Counted from the first letter of the stretch, positions 46,560 through 60,471 are shown. The stretch: DNA of 64,000 nucleotides from Octopus sinensis (GCF_006345805.1 NC_043005.1:1240001-1304000), one strand, 5' to 3'. The notes: generated from the sequence alone by a model not told the origin. Translations and numbers: made by a program.

Positions 46560-48470
46560 GCTTAAAATATTTAGTGATGTGGGTTAATGTTTGGTCACCC
46601 ATATTGTAAATCAGGTGGTTCACAACAGAGTCATACCTAGTGACTGGTGTAGCAGCACCATAGTCAACTGCTACAAAAGTAAAGGTGATGCCTTAGAAAT
46701 AATTACAGAGGTATTAAATTATTGGATCAGGTGATGAAAATTATGGAGAAGGTCCAACTAATTAGGGAGAAGTTAGTCTAGATGAGATGCAGTTTGGTTT
46801 TGTGCCAGGGAGCAGCATCACTGATGCTATATTTCTGGTGAGGCAGCTACAAGAGAAATACATAGCCAAAGATAAACCTCTGTGCTAGGCTTTTGTTGAC
46901 TTGGAGAAAGCTTTTGACAGGGTCCCCCCATCCCTTATCTGGTGGTCAATGTGGAAACTAGGGATAGATGAGTGGTTTGTGAAAGCTGTACAAGCTATGT
47001 AGAGGGACACTATCAGTAAGGTGAGGATTGGCAATGAGTACAGCAAAGAATTCAGGGTACAAGTAGGGACTCAACAAGGATCAGTCCTCAACTCCCTCTT
47101 GTTCATCATAATCCTCCAGGCAATATCAGAGGAACTTAAGATGGGTTGCCCCTGGGAGCTCCGCTATGCTGATGACCTTGTTCTTATAGCTGAATCACTA
47201 CCTGAACTAGAGAAGTTTCATGTATGGAAGCAAGGTCTAGAATCGAAGGGCCTCAGAGATAAACTAGCAAAAACCTAAGTCTTAGTGACTAGAAAGGCAG
47301 ACAAATCATAAATCCCTTCAGGTAGATGACCCTGCTCGATCTGTAGACAAGGAATAGGTAGAAACTCCATAAGATGTACCCAGTGTAAGCATTGAACACA
47401 AAAGGTGCAGCAATATCAGAGGAAGATTAACAGGGAAAACAGAGGCACTGGTAGAATAAACACTGGAAATGGGCAGAAAAGAGACTCTGTCAACTTCCAG
47501 CAGGGTAAGCTAGAGGTAGGAGATAGATTCCGTTATCTAGGTGACCAAGTAAGTAGTGGAGGTGGATGCTCCAAGAGCATAGCTGTGAGAATAAGATTAA
47601 GCTGGGCAAAGTTCAGAGACCTCCTACCCCTGCTGGTAACAAGGAGCCTCTCTCTCAGAGTGAAAAGCAGATTACATGATTCCTGTGTGCAAACAGCTCT
47701 GCTACATGGCTGTGACAGTTGAGGACATGTATAGGCTTAAAAGAAATGAAGCCAGTATGCTTCACTGAATGTGCATGTTTGACAGAGAGTAAGCATAAGA
47801 GGCATTAGATGTGGTGTGCAAGAGAGACGACTGTACTGGTATGGTCATGTGATGCATATGGATGAGGACAGCTGTGTAAAGAAGAGCCAATCTCTAACTG
47901 TGTAGGGAACCTGTGGTAGAGGTTGACCCAGGAACACATGGGATGAAGTGGTGAAGCGTGATTTTCGAACTTTGGGCTTTACAGAGGCAATGACTAATGA
48001 CCAAGACCTGTGGCAATATGTTGTGCTTGAGAAGACGCATGAAGTGAAATGAAACTGTAGTCATGGCCGATGCTGCTGTCATGTGACTGGCCCCTTTGCC
48101 AGTGACATGTAAAAACCATTGTTTGAGTGTTGGGCTTCATGGAGGCAAAGTGGCTGAGCTCCTTTCAAGTGTTGGGCCTCACAGAAGCCATGACCGAGAC
48201 CATTAGTATTATGTCGTGCTTGAGAAGAAGACCAATGAAGCCAAGTGAAATCACAGTCATGGCAGGTACCAGTGTCACACAAATGGCATCCCTGCTGGTG
48301 GAACGTAAATGCACCCATTACACTCTCGGAGTAGTTAGCATTAGGAAGGGCATCCAGCTGTAGAAACCATGCCAAATCAGACTGGAGTCTGGTACAGCCT
48401 TCCAGCGTGCCAGCCCTGGTCAAACCGTCCAACCCATGGTCAATGGACACTAAATGATAATGAAGATGAT
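46560..48470 (+). mobile_element. RTE-clade LINE, 5'-truncated and defective (RT domain + 3' end)
   Basis: LDEMQFGFVPG, FVDLEKAFDRVP, GTQQGSVL..LLF, RYADDL, FRYLGD; many stops; 3' end with a gataatgaagatgat tail. Confidence 0.92.
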
Positions 48471-50057
48471 GTGTTTATATACGTACATGTATATATAAGT
48501 GTATATGCATGTATATACACAAGTGTGTGCATATGTGTTGACATATAACATTGAATATTTTTAGGACAAAATCATTATCTGCATTCCTTTTTGGAAGATG
48601 GTAGAGTTTGAGAGAGATTTGAGTGGGTGGTCTCATACAGGCAGCACATCATTGGTTTGTTAGTTTTCATAAAAATTGTTTTCAGTTCAATCAAACTCTT
48701 CACACATTGCAGTTTACGTGTATGATATGTTATTTGTTTCAATAATATTATTGTCATCGTACAGCCTGAGAGCTGTTCTTTCTTCTCAGGTTAGCAGGAA
48801 TATTGATAGCAGCTACTAATCCCCTCAACAAAGAACTGAAATAGTTATCTTCTTGAAAGCTAAATAAGCGTCTCTTCAAGGGTTGCATAGAAGACCCATC
48901 TCTTCTTTAGAATATTTTAAGCCCAAACTTCTAAATTTTCCAGTATAGGGTTCTGTAAATGCAGCCTGTGTAAATGCAGCATGTTATATAACATGCTACA
49001 CACATCATATAACAACGAGTGTAGTCGCCATATAATGGGTGTGTTTATGTAAGCAGCATAAACTGAATAGGTTTAGGAGTCTCACTAACTTCGCACCTTT
49101 ACAAGTTATGGAATGTATTTCCTGCAGCATAACCCCCCATTATTCAAGCTGACCTAAAAATTCTTGTCTTTTTAGGAGTGGAACAATAGCAAATATCTTG
49201 TCATATGAGTTGGGTGTTTGTTTGTTTTTGTTCTCTTTTTCCTTTGGCGGTGGTGGTGATGGCCGAAATCAAATAAGAAGCTGCATTCATCTATTGTTTC
49301 TGAAGTGAAAAGCTATGAAACCTGATGGAAGTGATGAAAAACTTAGACACTAATGAAATAACATCAAAATATAATGTTAATAGAAAGAGCAATACTAGAC
49401 TGAAAAGATGAGGAGGAGTTTAAATAGTTGATGGAAAATATAAGAGTAGGGCAGAAAATTTAGAAGAAAAACCAACTAAATATAAGAAATCTTATGGAAT
49501 AGAAAACATGGGTTGGAGGGAGCCTGATAAGTAAATGCAGCGATTGTACAACTTAGCAAGAAACTTCCAATTGTGTATAAGATGAGAGACAGGAGAAGCT
49601 TCTAGACAGGCAATCTATCTATGATGTTATATCAGAGAAATTTGAATGCTTTGCTAGTGTTGAATATAACTAAGTTGACAATCATGAAAGACCACTGCTA
49701 TGTGAAAGTAAGTCTAGTTGAGCTAAAACTACAGAAACCATCCCTGAGGTAAAACTGCAACCTAACTGCCTCCATCAACTCTGAAGTGTTAGAAGTGAGT
49801 GTCATAGTTTGGCAGCTGATAAGGTCAGAGAAGTTACTCTTCTTGGGTACTAAATATAATGTTTTCTTAAATTGGAAAAAGAGAGAGAGAGAGAGAGTTT
49901 GCTGATCACACCTGCAAAGAGAAGTTGAATGCATTGAAGTAACTGAAGAATTTTCAGCTTCCAAAGAAATGAATCAAGTCAGAGGTCTTCAAAGCAAAAC
50001 AATTGATAGAAGAAACAACTGCAGAGGTTGGAACATTTTAGCAAAAGGAACAGCAAA

Positions 50058-51217
50058 TATTGGGTTGTCCGGAAAGTTTGTGCCGATTTATAGCAGCTTA
50101 CCTTTTGACTTATTTTAGAACATGGTTCAGACCATAAAATAGGATTTGACTACAACTCTATTTAGAGCACAGTTTAAGCTATCTTTTCGTGGAAGAAGGG
50201 TTATGTTCCTATAATCCATGTTAATTCTGTAACCCTCTAAAATGGAAGATAAGAAAGTTCATTTTCGGCACGTGATGCTTTTCTTTTTCCGTAAAGGGAA
50301 AAATGCTGGAGATTGTAGCCTTATTGATAAAGAGCGATCAGGCAGACCATCCACAACAGATGATGACCAAATCAAGTCATTAATTGAGAATAACCCACAT
50401 TGCACAACCTGAGAATTGGTAGAAAGCCTCAACCTGTCAAAATCCGCCATTCATGAGCACCTGGTAAAGCTTGGGTACACAAATCACTACGATGTTTAGG
50501 TACCACATGAGTTGAGTGAGAAGAACCTTTTGGATCGCATTTCCATCTGTGATTCACTTTATAAATGGAATGAAAACACGCCTTTTTTAAAGCAAATTGT
50601 GACAGGTGATGAGAAATGGATTATCTACCGAAATGTTCAGAGAAGCAATCCTGGAGTAAGTGACATGAGTCACCCTTAGCCACTGCAAAAATCTTGCTTT
50701 TGTGTCTGGTGGGATTGGAAAGGAATTCTGTACTATGAGCTTCTCCCAGGTAACCGGACAATTCTGAGAAATACTGCACACAACTGGACGAGTTAAAAGC
50801 AGCAATTCAAGAGAAACACCCAGAATTGGCCAACAGGAAGAGTGTTGTTTTCCAACATGATAATGCAAGACTGCATGTTTCTTTGGGAACCAGACAAAAA
50901 TTGCTGCAGCTCGGCTGCACCCTCCATATTCAACAGATATTACTCCTTCGGATTTCCACTTATTCAGGTCTCAGCAGAATAGTCTTAATGGTAAAAATTT
51001 CAATTCCTTGGATGTCGTAAAAAGATACCTTGATGAATTCTTTGCCATGAAACCACCTCAATTCTGGGAAGAGGGTATTTTCAAGTTTAAGGAAAGATGG
51101 AGACGCATTGTGCAACAAAATGGTTTGTATTTGGTTGATTAAAAATGTAACGGTAAGTATTTATTGACCTTTTTCTTTCCTTTAAAAATTGGCACAAACC
51201 TTCCAGACACCCCAATA
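50058..51217 (+). mobile_element. Mariner element (second family), near full-length, defective
   Basis: TA-flanked TIRs tattgggttgtccggaaagtttgtgccgattt / aaaattggcacaaaccttccagacaccccaata; MEDKKVHFRHVMLFFFRKGKNA, WVPHEL-like, IVTGDEKWI and VVFQHDNAR motifs. Confidence 0.92.
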
Positions 51218-51802
51218 CATTTGGAAGAATTGAAGGAGAAATTTTATACCAGATTAACTGGAAGTTTGTGTGGTTGGTATCCAGGTGATAGATGCCAATA
51301 ATAATGAGCATGGATTGTATATAGGAAACACACACACACACAAAACTTTTCAGAACAAAGATATAATGAAGAATATAGTTTGGAAATCAGAAGTCAGTTA
51401 GAAATAGAAGAGAATTTTGTTTGAGAGAGAATGAAGTAGTTGACAGATGTTGGTTTAGAGGAAAGAGAATTCAGACTTTATTATATTGGCCTCACAACAT
51501 CTAAGTTTGTCAAAGTGCTATTGGAGAGTAATATCAAAATGAGGTTGAAAAAAAAAAAATAATAAAATCCCAACTATAAAGAACAATGCCCAGACATATT
51601 GACGGTCAAAGAATTTAATGTACAATGAGCATTGTACCAACAACATGAAAGTCTTTGAGCTAAGAAACTTACTTATAACTTTGGTTCACTATATAGTTGA
51701 AGACAATCTAGAATTAATAGCTGATAAAATGATCAATGATAGGAAATAAAGGGTTCAAAGTCCACTGCTATATAGACATTATCAGGTCTTTCAGTTATCT
51801 TC

Positions 51803-52030
51803 TTAACCCTTTCAATACCAACCCAGCTGAAACTGCCTCTGGTTCTGTTGTACAAATGTCTTGCTTTCATAAGGTTTGAATTAAAATCTTCCACCAAACC
51901 TTAGTCACAATTTTTGCTCCTAACACTAGCTTAATGATAACTAAGTTATTTTACCAAATTTTTTGTTATATTTAAAATAATTGAAAGAAACACAGAGCAT
52001 CTCAAAATAAACACGGTAACAAAAGGATGA
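51803..52030. mobile_element. piggyBac-like MITE, decayed right end
   Basis: TTAA-CCCTTTCAATACC left end; ...GGTAACAAAAGG right end. Confidence 0.5.
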
Positions 52031-53363
52031 ACTCAGTTTACCTACCAGAAGATGAAGAGGACTCGTTAGAGAAAGTTAACGATTTCAAGAGAAGATAATA
52101 ATCTGTTCTAATTTCTTTCAATGATATAGAATGAAGGTAGAAATAGCTATGTGGTTGAGAAATTGGCTTCATAACTATGCAGCTTTGGGTCCAGTCCCAG
52201 TGTGAATTACAACAGATGTCTTCTGTTACTGCTGAGTCAAATAAATGGAAATTGCATGGCAGTGAGTCATTCTATGTTCTTGGGTAGGTTTTATCATTTA
52301 CTTCAAAATGACTTTGTATTTGGGCATCTTTAGCAAAGTACATTCTATTGCAAGCATTCAGCCTGGATGTCCTTCTCCACCCACCTGTCACAAGCCCTAC
52401 CCTTGCTAAGGTGAGTGTCATAATATCCACAAAGCAGTGGCTGTCCACTTTCAGTGGCTCCGTGACTCCATTTCACCAAATCTCTAAACCTAATCTGTTT
52501 CAAAAGCAAAAATATTTTAATCAAAAGACAGAAGCTAATAGTGTAGAGTGGTTTATTATCCATATTTTCTTATATCTCATCAGTTTGTATCTCTTTTTAT
52601 AGACTTGTGGTGACTAATTTCAAGAAAATTACAAAACAAAGGGAAAACTTCTACAAGATAATTACACGGGACCACCTTGCAACAATCCCCAATCATATTT
52701 CTGTTCACTGATAACACAATGTCCCCGCCTCCTTTCAGGGTACCACACAGATTCCTATTCTGACAAAGATTTCTTTTTTTACATTTAAAATAGAAGTAAT
52801 GTTACCTTGCTTAAATATTTTATGTCACAGAAAAGCTATAACTGCTCTAAACTTCTAACATATCTTCTCATAGCAACCTCAATATCTACTGGCCTCTTCT
52901 GAGTTCACAATGCCCCCAAAGAGGTGACACTGACCCAGTTAAAAATCATTGCCAACAAGTAAATTATTAGCAACCATGTTGCAAATCGAAATTATTTCCA
53001 TTATTGTTAGAATCAAATTTTTGAGGAATATTGACCAGATTTCCAGTCATCAAATATGTCTGAGGAACTCCCAAATCAAAAGTTAGCTGAACCCCCATTC
53101 CCAGACACTGAGGCCAAACAAAACTAAGCTTTGAGAATATTGATTGATTTCATTCCAATCATCTGATAAATCTGAATACCACAAGAATCCACTTCTCTTC
53201 TTCCACATGAAGAAAACCCTTTCACAATAAGCATTCAGCCATCATTTCTTAAGGCAAAGGTGTTTTTCACTCTAAATCTATTTTTTGTCGAATGTAAATA
53301 ACAACAAACCAAATCACAGATCATTTAGTAAATGATATTAGCAATTACATGGGAAAATGTAAG

Positions 53364-54075
53364 AAAAGTTCGGGACAAGCTATTAGATTTGGCAAAGTAC
53401 AGAACAAGAAAATTCTTAAAATATTGCAGCTAAGGATAAAATTTCAAATAAAATATTTAGATTTAAAAAATATTAGCTTTTATTCAAACTAAAAATTTTA
53501 TTACAAGTTATTACTTCTATTTGTTATTAGTTGTTACTTCTATTGAAAATGAAAAATAATGCAATTAAAATATATTTTGCACTTTAAAAAAAATTATTTT
53601 AAAAATTATTAATTAATAATTAGAAATTTGAAAATAGGTTATAAAAATTAATAGTACATAATTAGTTAGTACAATAAAAAGAATAATACAGAATTTAGTT
53701 ATATATTACAGTAAAATCTACCTATAACAACAAATTCACAATAAAATTTGCTTGAGTTATTGTTTAAGTTCTTGCCGAGTCTTCACATTTTTAGTCTTGA
53801 CCCTATTCTTTACATAATGAATTTGCCTACCATATATACTATTCTACTTTGCATAAAACTTTAGCTATATTGGTACTTCTGGCTCTCATTTTCTAAGTAT
53901 TCTAGTGTGTCAATAGTTTAACAAAATGATGGTACCTTTTTTAATTATAATGTTACATTGTAAATTAAAATCAAATAATTTTTAATATTCAAATTTTATC
54001 CTTAGCTGCAATATTTTAAGCAAAAAATTTCTTGTTCTGTACTTTAGCAGATGTAATAACTTTTCCTGAACTTTT
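53364..54075. mobile_element. AT-rich fold-back/MITE with ~82-bp inverted arms (53364-53444 / 53991-54075)
   Basis: The arms share aaagtacagaacaagaaa and cttaaaatattgcagctaaggataaaattt in inverted orientation; the termini resemble mariner TIRs (aaaagttc.gga). Confidence 0.7.
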
Positions 54076-54329
54076 CCAAGTTTAATAATTTGTACATTTC
54101 CAGGTTTATAATCTTAAGAATATTATTTCTCTTGCTTGCATTTTTCCTTGTAATCCACAGCTATGCTATTATGCTAATTAATATTGTGTAAAATGTGTCA
54201 ATTAGTGGTGTCGATAATTCTTTCCTTACCCCAGTGATTCCTGTGACATATATTAAAAGTCCCCTTATAGAACTATATTCGTAAAAAAGTATAGAACTAC
54301 ATTATCACCCTCAGATTTAAGAAACAAAC

Positions 54330-54549
54330 ACTCTTTTACTTGTTTCAGTCATTTGACTGTGGCCATGCTGGAGCACCACCTTTAGTCAAGCAAATCGACC
54401 CCAGGACTTATTCTTTGGAGGCCTAGTACTTATTCTATCGGTCTCTTTTTGCTGAACCGCTAAGTTACGGGGATGTAAACACACCACCATCGGTTGTCAA
54501 GCGATGTTGGGGGGGGGACAAACACAGACACACAAACATATACACATAC

Positions 54550-54586
<37 letters not shown>

Positions 54587-54750
54587 TGACAGGCTTCTTT
54601 CAGTTTCCATCTACCAAATCCACTCACAAGGCTTTGATCGGCCTGGGTCTATTATAGAAGACACTTGCCCAAGGTGCCACGCAGTGGGAATGAACCCAGA
54701 ACTATGTGGTTGGTAAGCAAGCTACTTACCACACAGCCACTCCTGCGCCT
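54330..54750 (-). mobile_element. tRNA-derived SINE (family A) with 3' domain, well preserved
   Basis: Reverse complement of the family A head (54588-54750), a (TA)/(CA) linker, and the 3' domain tttcagtcatttgactgtggccatgctggagcacc. Confidence 0.85.
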
Positions 54751-55700
54751 CATAACTCTTTTCTTTTAAAACTTCATTGTATAAGATTGATAACATGACA
54801 TTCCTCAAATTGAGCTCTATCACTTAAGCTTAATTAAAATATAGTTTGTTTTTAAAATAAAAAAAGTTAATTATACTTAAATCCAATTTTTTGCCTTTTA
54901 TTTTTTTCATGATATTTTACCTCACAACTTTTTTGATACAAACTTTTGTTGCATGGGACCAGAACTATGAAATTCTACATGCTTTCTTCTATCATTGAAG
55001 CTAAGATAAACATATTTTGTTTTTAAAATAAAAAAGTTATTTAGATTTAAACTTGATTGGTGCTGTTACTTACTCTCCTATAACGTTGCTACAAAATTTG
55101 ATGAAAACTTTTTTCTACTAGACCAAATCTCAATTTGTTTTTTATGCAAAATGTAACCAGGGACTAGTCCTCCTCAAAAATGTTAAGAGTTTTCAATTTG
55201 GTTAAGAACTGAATTAGTAACAAGTTCTGAAAAATGCTGCATGTGAATAAATTGCAGCCTTAATATTATTCAGCTGCTACCATAGTTGAATGAAAGCCAA
55301 ATGTACAAGAGACATGATTGTGTCACTCTTCAAATAACCTGTCTGCAGAAGGAGTTTAAAAATGTTACCTTTAGTTACCCTTAGTATAGCTTTAGTAAAA
55401 ATGTTTTAAAAAGTAGTACAGAGATGAGGAGAGGAGGTTGGAGGAGAAGGTGGAGGGGTGCTAAGGAAGGAGGTGGTGGTGGTGGTCATCATCATCATCT
55501 TGGGCTAACTTCAAATGTCACTACCAACACTAGTCATTATCCATTATAGTTTAACTTGGTAATAATAGCAGCAGATTCTTTTCTCTCCGCCTTGTAGGTC
55601 AACCTACTTACACAATATATATTTATTTATGATTGGAGAGCTGAAGTCACACCAAATAAAGGGTTTGGTTCTTCTGCATGCATGAGCGCGCATGCTTGTT

Positions 55701-55735
<35 letters not shown>

Positions 55736-58437
55736 GTGTGTGTGTGTATGCAAACATGAGAATGTGTGCTTAAGTAAATGAGTGTACAAGTGCAAGTTTG
55801 TATGAGAATGTATCTATACTCCAATGTATATGTTAAATTGAACATGGCAGAAGGGCACAAGAGATGTTTTGAAAGCCATTTGGGTGGTAGAGTGAGGGTA
55901 GATTACAGGAGCCCCAACTACAGCCATTTGTCCTGGAAATGAATCCTTTTGCAATAATAATGCATTATGGTTGGATGCCCTTTATGCTGCAAATCCCCTT
56001 TTACAACATTCAGAGATACTGTGTACCAAGAGATACAAAGATTATACCTACAACAAACGTCATATCACTTTATATTGTCTGGCCTTTATACAGAGAGAAA
56101 ACAAACCCATCACTGCCTAAGATACAGTTTAACTAATCTTAATAACCAATAATTGTCATTAACTTTGCTCTCAGAAATATTTAAGGGAACCTTTGACAAA
56201 TACAGAGGCATGTGTATAGCTGCTTAACTAGCAAGAAACAGCAGCAAAACCATATTCAAACATACTACATAAAGAAGGATATACTGAACAGTGCAGTCTG
56301 TTATATACAAAATGGGGAGGGGGTGTCATGGCTAGAATGTCTTCGATGATAGGTTCATGGCTGACCTAGGGCTGTACAACTTAAAATGACCTTGGATGAA
56401 CCAGGACATCCCTATGAGATTGCTCAGCTTGCTAGAAAGAGCAACAGAAGCTTCCTCAACTCACTACTGTGCAAAGAAAAAAAAAACAAAGGACATATTA
56501 GATGATGTACTTTTAGAAACACTGTGTTTGAGTAAAAGAAGGAATGGTGAAGATCTTTGATCATAAGTCTGATATATCAGGACTGACCTGGGGTCCAAAT
56601 AGTCAACTAGTGTATAATCTCCTTACAGTATCACTCATTCCATTTGTTACTCAAATAACCAGTTCCTTATCTGTCCATTAGAAACCCAATGCTATCTGTT
56701 ATAAACTGGTTGTTTGCAGCCAGCAAGGGACCCTCTGTGTATCTGCTTTACTTGCTAGAAAAAGCAGTCAAATTATCTTCCAATCATGCAAAAAGACAAA
56801 ATTCTTTGGACAATGTAATTCATAAAAAGATGAGCCTGCCACTGTTAGATAAAGGCTGACCTGGGTTAATATGTAAAAGATTATGGTGTAAGACAATCCT
56901 AATCACTCAAAAAACCCTTGATTCACTTTGGATGGTCATGAATACCAAATGTTCTGGAAGTAGAGGGAATATTTAGCTGCTATTTAACATCATAAAACCA
57001 AAACTAAGATACAGGCCTTCAAAACAACCCGGGATTCAGGAGGTATTTTACATCTTTGTGGAATGTGTCAGTCAATGGAGGGGAAAAATAGAGTTCTGTG
57101 GTCCTGAAGTGAGTGTTCTTTAAAGATATTTACAAAGAGTAAATAATAAGTGAATTATCATTCTAATCTTTAAGAAACATTAATGTAGAGTAAAGAGCAG
57201 AATCAAAGGAAACTAGAGATGTGCTGGTTCAATAAATACTAATTCAAAGAGTGGAATAAGTTTTATATCATGTGGAAAAAGAGAAATAACATTTGTACAG
57301 AAAGCCTTCATTGTGAGGTGGGGAGGAGAGAAGAAATTATAACTCCTTTTGACAATTTTGACCCCCACCCAAATTTCAGGCCTTGTGCCCAGAGTACAAA
57401 AGAATATTCTCTGCACTTGTTTTCAGGTGATATTCCTGAGTTTGTTGAAGAATTGATCTTGCAGGACAATAGGATAGTGGCTAGACCAGGAAAGCCTAAC
57501 CTAGCTCAGATGAGAAAGGAAGTTGATCAAACAATCGAGTCAAAGTGAGGAAATTTGTGAAAAACAAAAAAAAAAGTTACAAAATAGTCACTTATTATTG
57601 AGCCAGATCTTTCTGAAATGTATTGTTGACTGAATAAACAGTACACTACTAGTCTAATAAAAGTAGAAGGCCAAGTGGGTAAGCAGTTGGCTTCTCAATC
57701 ATAAGGTTAAGGGTTGGATTCCTGGTATGTGAAGATACTTAACTTCACATTACTCCAAGCCACTCTTAGGCAAAAATGAGTATTAAAAGTAATAGAGCTC
57801 CCAGAGGGAGAGAGAGAGAGAGAGAAGGAAAAAACAGTTCCAAAGAGTTAGGATTCTGGAAATGAATGCAAAAGTATCTCATATAATGGAGTTTGGTGTT
57901 AAAACACACTAAAAGTGATAAGAAGAGAAAAGCTGAGTCAAATTTTTTGTATTTATGTGGGACCAGCATCAAGTTAACAAATCTAGATTTCAGAACATTA
58001 TAATCAGTAAAAGAGAGGATATTACAAAATAGTCGAAAGGGATGGTTAAGAAAACAAAATATTTTCCATGGAATTTAACTCTGTAAAGAATTGATTTGTC
58101 AGAGAGATCAACAGTGTTGTGGATGGGGGGAGAGGAGAGTGGCAAAATGTGAGGAGAAGAGTAAGAATTATAAGAACTGGCTTTTCATAATAGTAACAGC
58201 AGAACAGAAAGAGGAAGCTGGATATTGGGGAGAAGGTGTAAGAGGGCTTTGGAAGTAAAAGAAAGAAATTAGTGAGGTAATTATGAATACAAAATCAAGT
58301 AAAACAAGAATTGGGAATCTTATTTCAAGACAGAATATAAAGCTAATATCAATGATGATGATTATAAGAAAGACAAGGAAGAAGAATTGCTCATCTTTGA
58401 TGTTGCTGTGGAAAGAAATACAGATTTATGGACTCAC

Positions 58438-58569
58438 ATCAATCTCGAAATATTCCTCTGTATCGTCCAGAAAGTGTACCAAACAGGTGATGGTTTTCAG
58501 CTGCCGATCATGGGCCATTTCGGATGCCCGCACATTGTAACTGCCGCTGGACACCAGCTTAATGGACAT
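58438..58569 (-). CDS. PTPN4: PTPN4-like first coding exon (ATG at 58569; MSIKLV...EYFEID)
   Basis: Acceptor tctcttctag at 58581, then 11 nt of 5'UTR, the ATG and 44 codons; phase-0 donor GAT|gtgagt at 58437. Confidence 0.92.
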
Positions 58570-59218
58570 TGCTTGCAACGCTAGAAGAGATACAAAAGTA
58601 GTTTTGTATTATCATTTACATACAAAAAACAAAAGAAGAAAATCATTGTCATTATCATTATTCTTATCAGGGAATTGGTTAAAAATGGCCATCAGGAAAA
58701 GCTAACCAGATCTCTTAAAAGCCTTATTGCTATTCTAATATCTCAAGTGTGAAGCATCATTGTTTCAAGTTCAAATTCTATCAAGGATAGTTTTTACCTT
58801 TCATCTCTTCAAGTTTCAGAAATTACCAGTAAATTATTAGAAATTATGTATTTTAGTTCTGATCCTTTTATCAAGTAAAAGGGCTTATGACAGTGCTCTG
58901 CAGCTAGTGTGCCACCAGATGATGTTAGGTACTCCACCGTATAACCTGAATACAATTTTTCCCAATACCTTTAGTTAAATTTTTAGTTCAGGTGTACCAC
59001 TGAATTTTGAAAAGAATATAAGTGTACCACAAATGAGAAAAGGTTGCAGAGCAGTGCCCTAATGCTTAGTTCCATGAATTTTAAAAAAGAATAAGATAGA
59101 GGTGAATTCCAATTGTTAAACAACCAAATTAAGGTTCAACAGTGCTGTGTTTATCCTTCTTGAATTCAAAATAAATGCAGCTAGACAAAAAAGTCAATTA
59201 AATATGAAATAAATTTTC

Positions 59219-59450
59219 ATCATCATCAACATCATTGTCAGCATCATTTAATGTTCGTTTTTCCATGCTAGCATGGGTGAGACGGTTTGATAAGATCCAG
59301 TAGTGAGTCACAGAGATGCATCAAACTCCAATATCAGCTTTAACATGGTTTCTATGGCTGTATGCCCTTCTTAATGCCAACCACTTTATAGTCCACTCTG
59401 GCTGCCATTTTGTTTTCATGCCACCAGCACTGGTGAGGTTGCCATGTCAT
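59219..59450 (-). mobile_element. RTE-LINE 3'-end fragment
   Basis: catcatttaatgttcgttttccatgctagcatgggt...atgcccttcttaatgccaaccac. Confidence 0.7.
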
Positions 59451-59797
59451 TTGAAAGATTTAAAAAAGAATATCCCCACCACCACCACCACCACCACCAC
59501 CCAGTGGGAGTGTATTTGAATGGGGAAGGCACAGGGGTGGTTGGCTTTATGACATGTGTCAGGAGATTACAATATGATTGAAGGCAAACAAAATGGTGAA
59601 ATACCAAGTCAAAAAGAAGTTCTAAATGGTGAGCATCATGGTAAATAGTTATACAGAAATTATTAAGGTTATTCAATTATTTCACTGAATTGGTTTCACT
59701 CATTCATCTGAAATACTCAAGACTTATGAAATGACATACATATAACAAATTCTTATTTACCCTCCTCCTTTATGAACCGGCTGCGCTTCATATTTAA

Positions 59798-60012
59798 CCC
59801 ATCAATGCATAGCATCCAGAAAAATGGATGCAGGAAAAATTCCTCTTACTTGGTTTGTGTATAGTTGGTTCGTTTGGATGCAGCACTTGCTCATTCATAG
59901 AGCACCAGTTTAGAGGCAGACTATACCAAAAATAAGCTTAATAGGTAGTTTACTTAACGAGCAATAGTAATTCTACCTGCGTCCATTTTTCTGGACGCTT
60001 TGCATTAATGGG
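59798..60012. mobile_element. 215-bp piggyBac-type MITE
   Basis: TTAA TSDs (59794-97, 60013-16), CCC...GGG termini and ~37-bp TIRs; two of the four mismatches are CpG-decay type. Confidence 0.85.
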
Positions 60013-60349
60013 TTAATCACTATTTCTTGCCATTTCATTTAAACATCAATAGAAAGATATGTGACCTAATTTACTTTTGATGAGGATAAATGAGAAAAAA
60101 AAATGTTATTTAGGAAATGATGCTATGCAATCTATTTAGCTAGAATAAAATGTGTGTGCACACACACACATATATACAAATACACATGTACGCACACGCA
60201 CACACTACTGCAGGAACAACAATGGCAACATTGCAGTCATTGACAAGCTTCCTCCTCCTCCTCCTTCACAAGTGATAAAGTACATTGACAACAGGGACAC
60301 TTTTAACAGTCAGCCTTTACCTTGGGCCAGAGGTAATAGAACTTAAACA

Positions 60350-60368
60350 GCTGCTGCTGCTGCTGCTT

Positions 60369-60401
<33 letters not shown>

Positions 60402-60435
60402 ACTACTACTACTACTAATAATAATAATAATAATA

Positions 60436-60471
<36 letters not shown>
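60350..60471. repeat. Compound trinucleotide microsatellite (CTG)n-(CTA)n-(AAT)n
   Basis: Read directly from the sequence. Confidence 0.95.

Larger units (their letters stand above)
2583..58580 (-). other. PTPN4: Gene span (5' portion, 3'-partial) of PTPN4/PTPN3-type FERM-domain tyrosine phosphatase
   Basis: Six exons splice in frame (132+114+43+76+98+121 = 584 nt) to MSIKLVSSGSYNVRASEMAHDRQLKTITCLVHFLDDTEEYFEID-KRSKAQALLEKVYDHLELIEKDYFGLQFLEVAPTPEGM-RWVDPLKTVKKQCR-GPTYEFYFRVKFYVSDPSKLGEEYTR-YHFFLQLKKDLLEGRLVCPHSTSALLSSYAIQ-SELGDYNPEDHKGNYLSEFRFIPSQTVEFERQVIEYHKQHR. The YNVRASE-x-A-x-DRQ leader before the FERM domain is, from memory, characteristic of PTPN4/Ptpmeg. The PDZ and PTP domains lie outside the window. 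Confidence 0.9.

Noticed and set aside
53560-53960. Second NUMT candidate (AT-rich interior)
   Set aside because: No rRNA or tRNA landmarks found; better explained as the spacer of the fold-back element.
58283-58584. Plus-strand ORFs 58283-58540 and 58387-58584
   Set aside because: Antisense shadows of PTPN4 coding exon 1; the minus-strand frame matches the known protein and has proper splice sites.
58891-59057. hAT-like MITE (cagtgctctgcag...tgcagagcagtg)
   Set aside because: Short imperfect TIRs and no matching 8-bp TSD; too weak to call.
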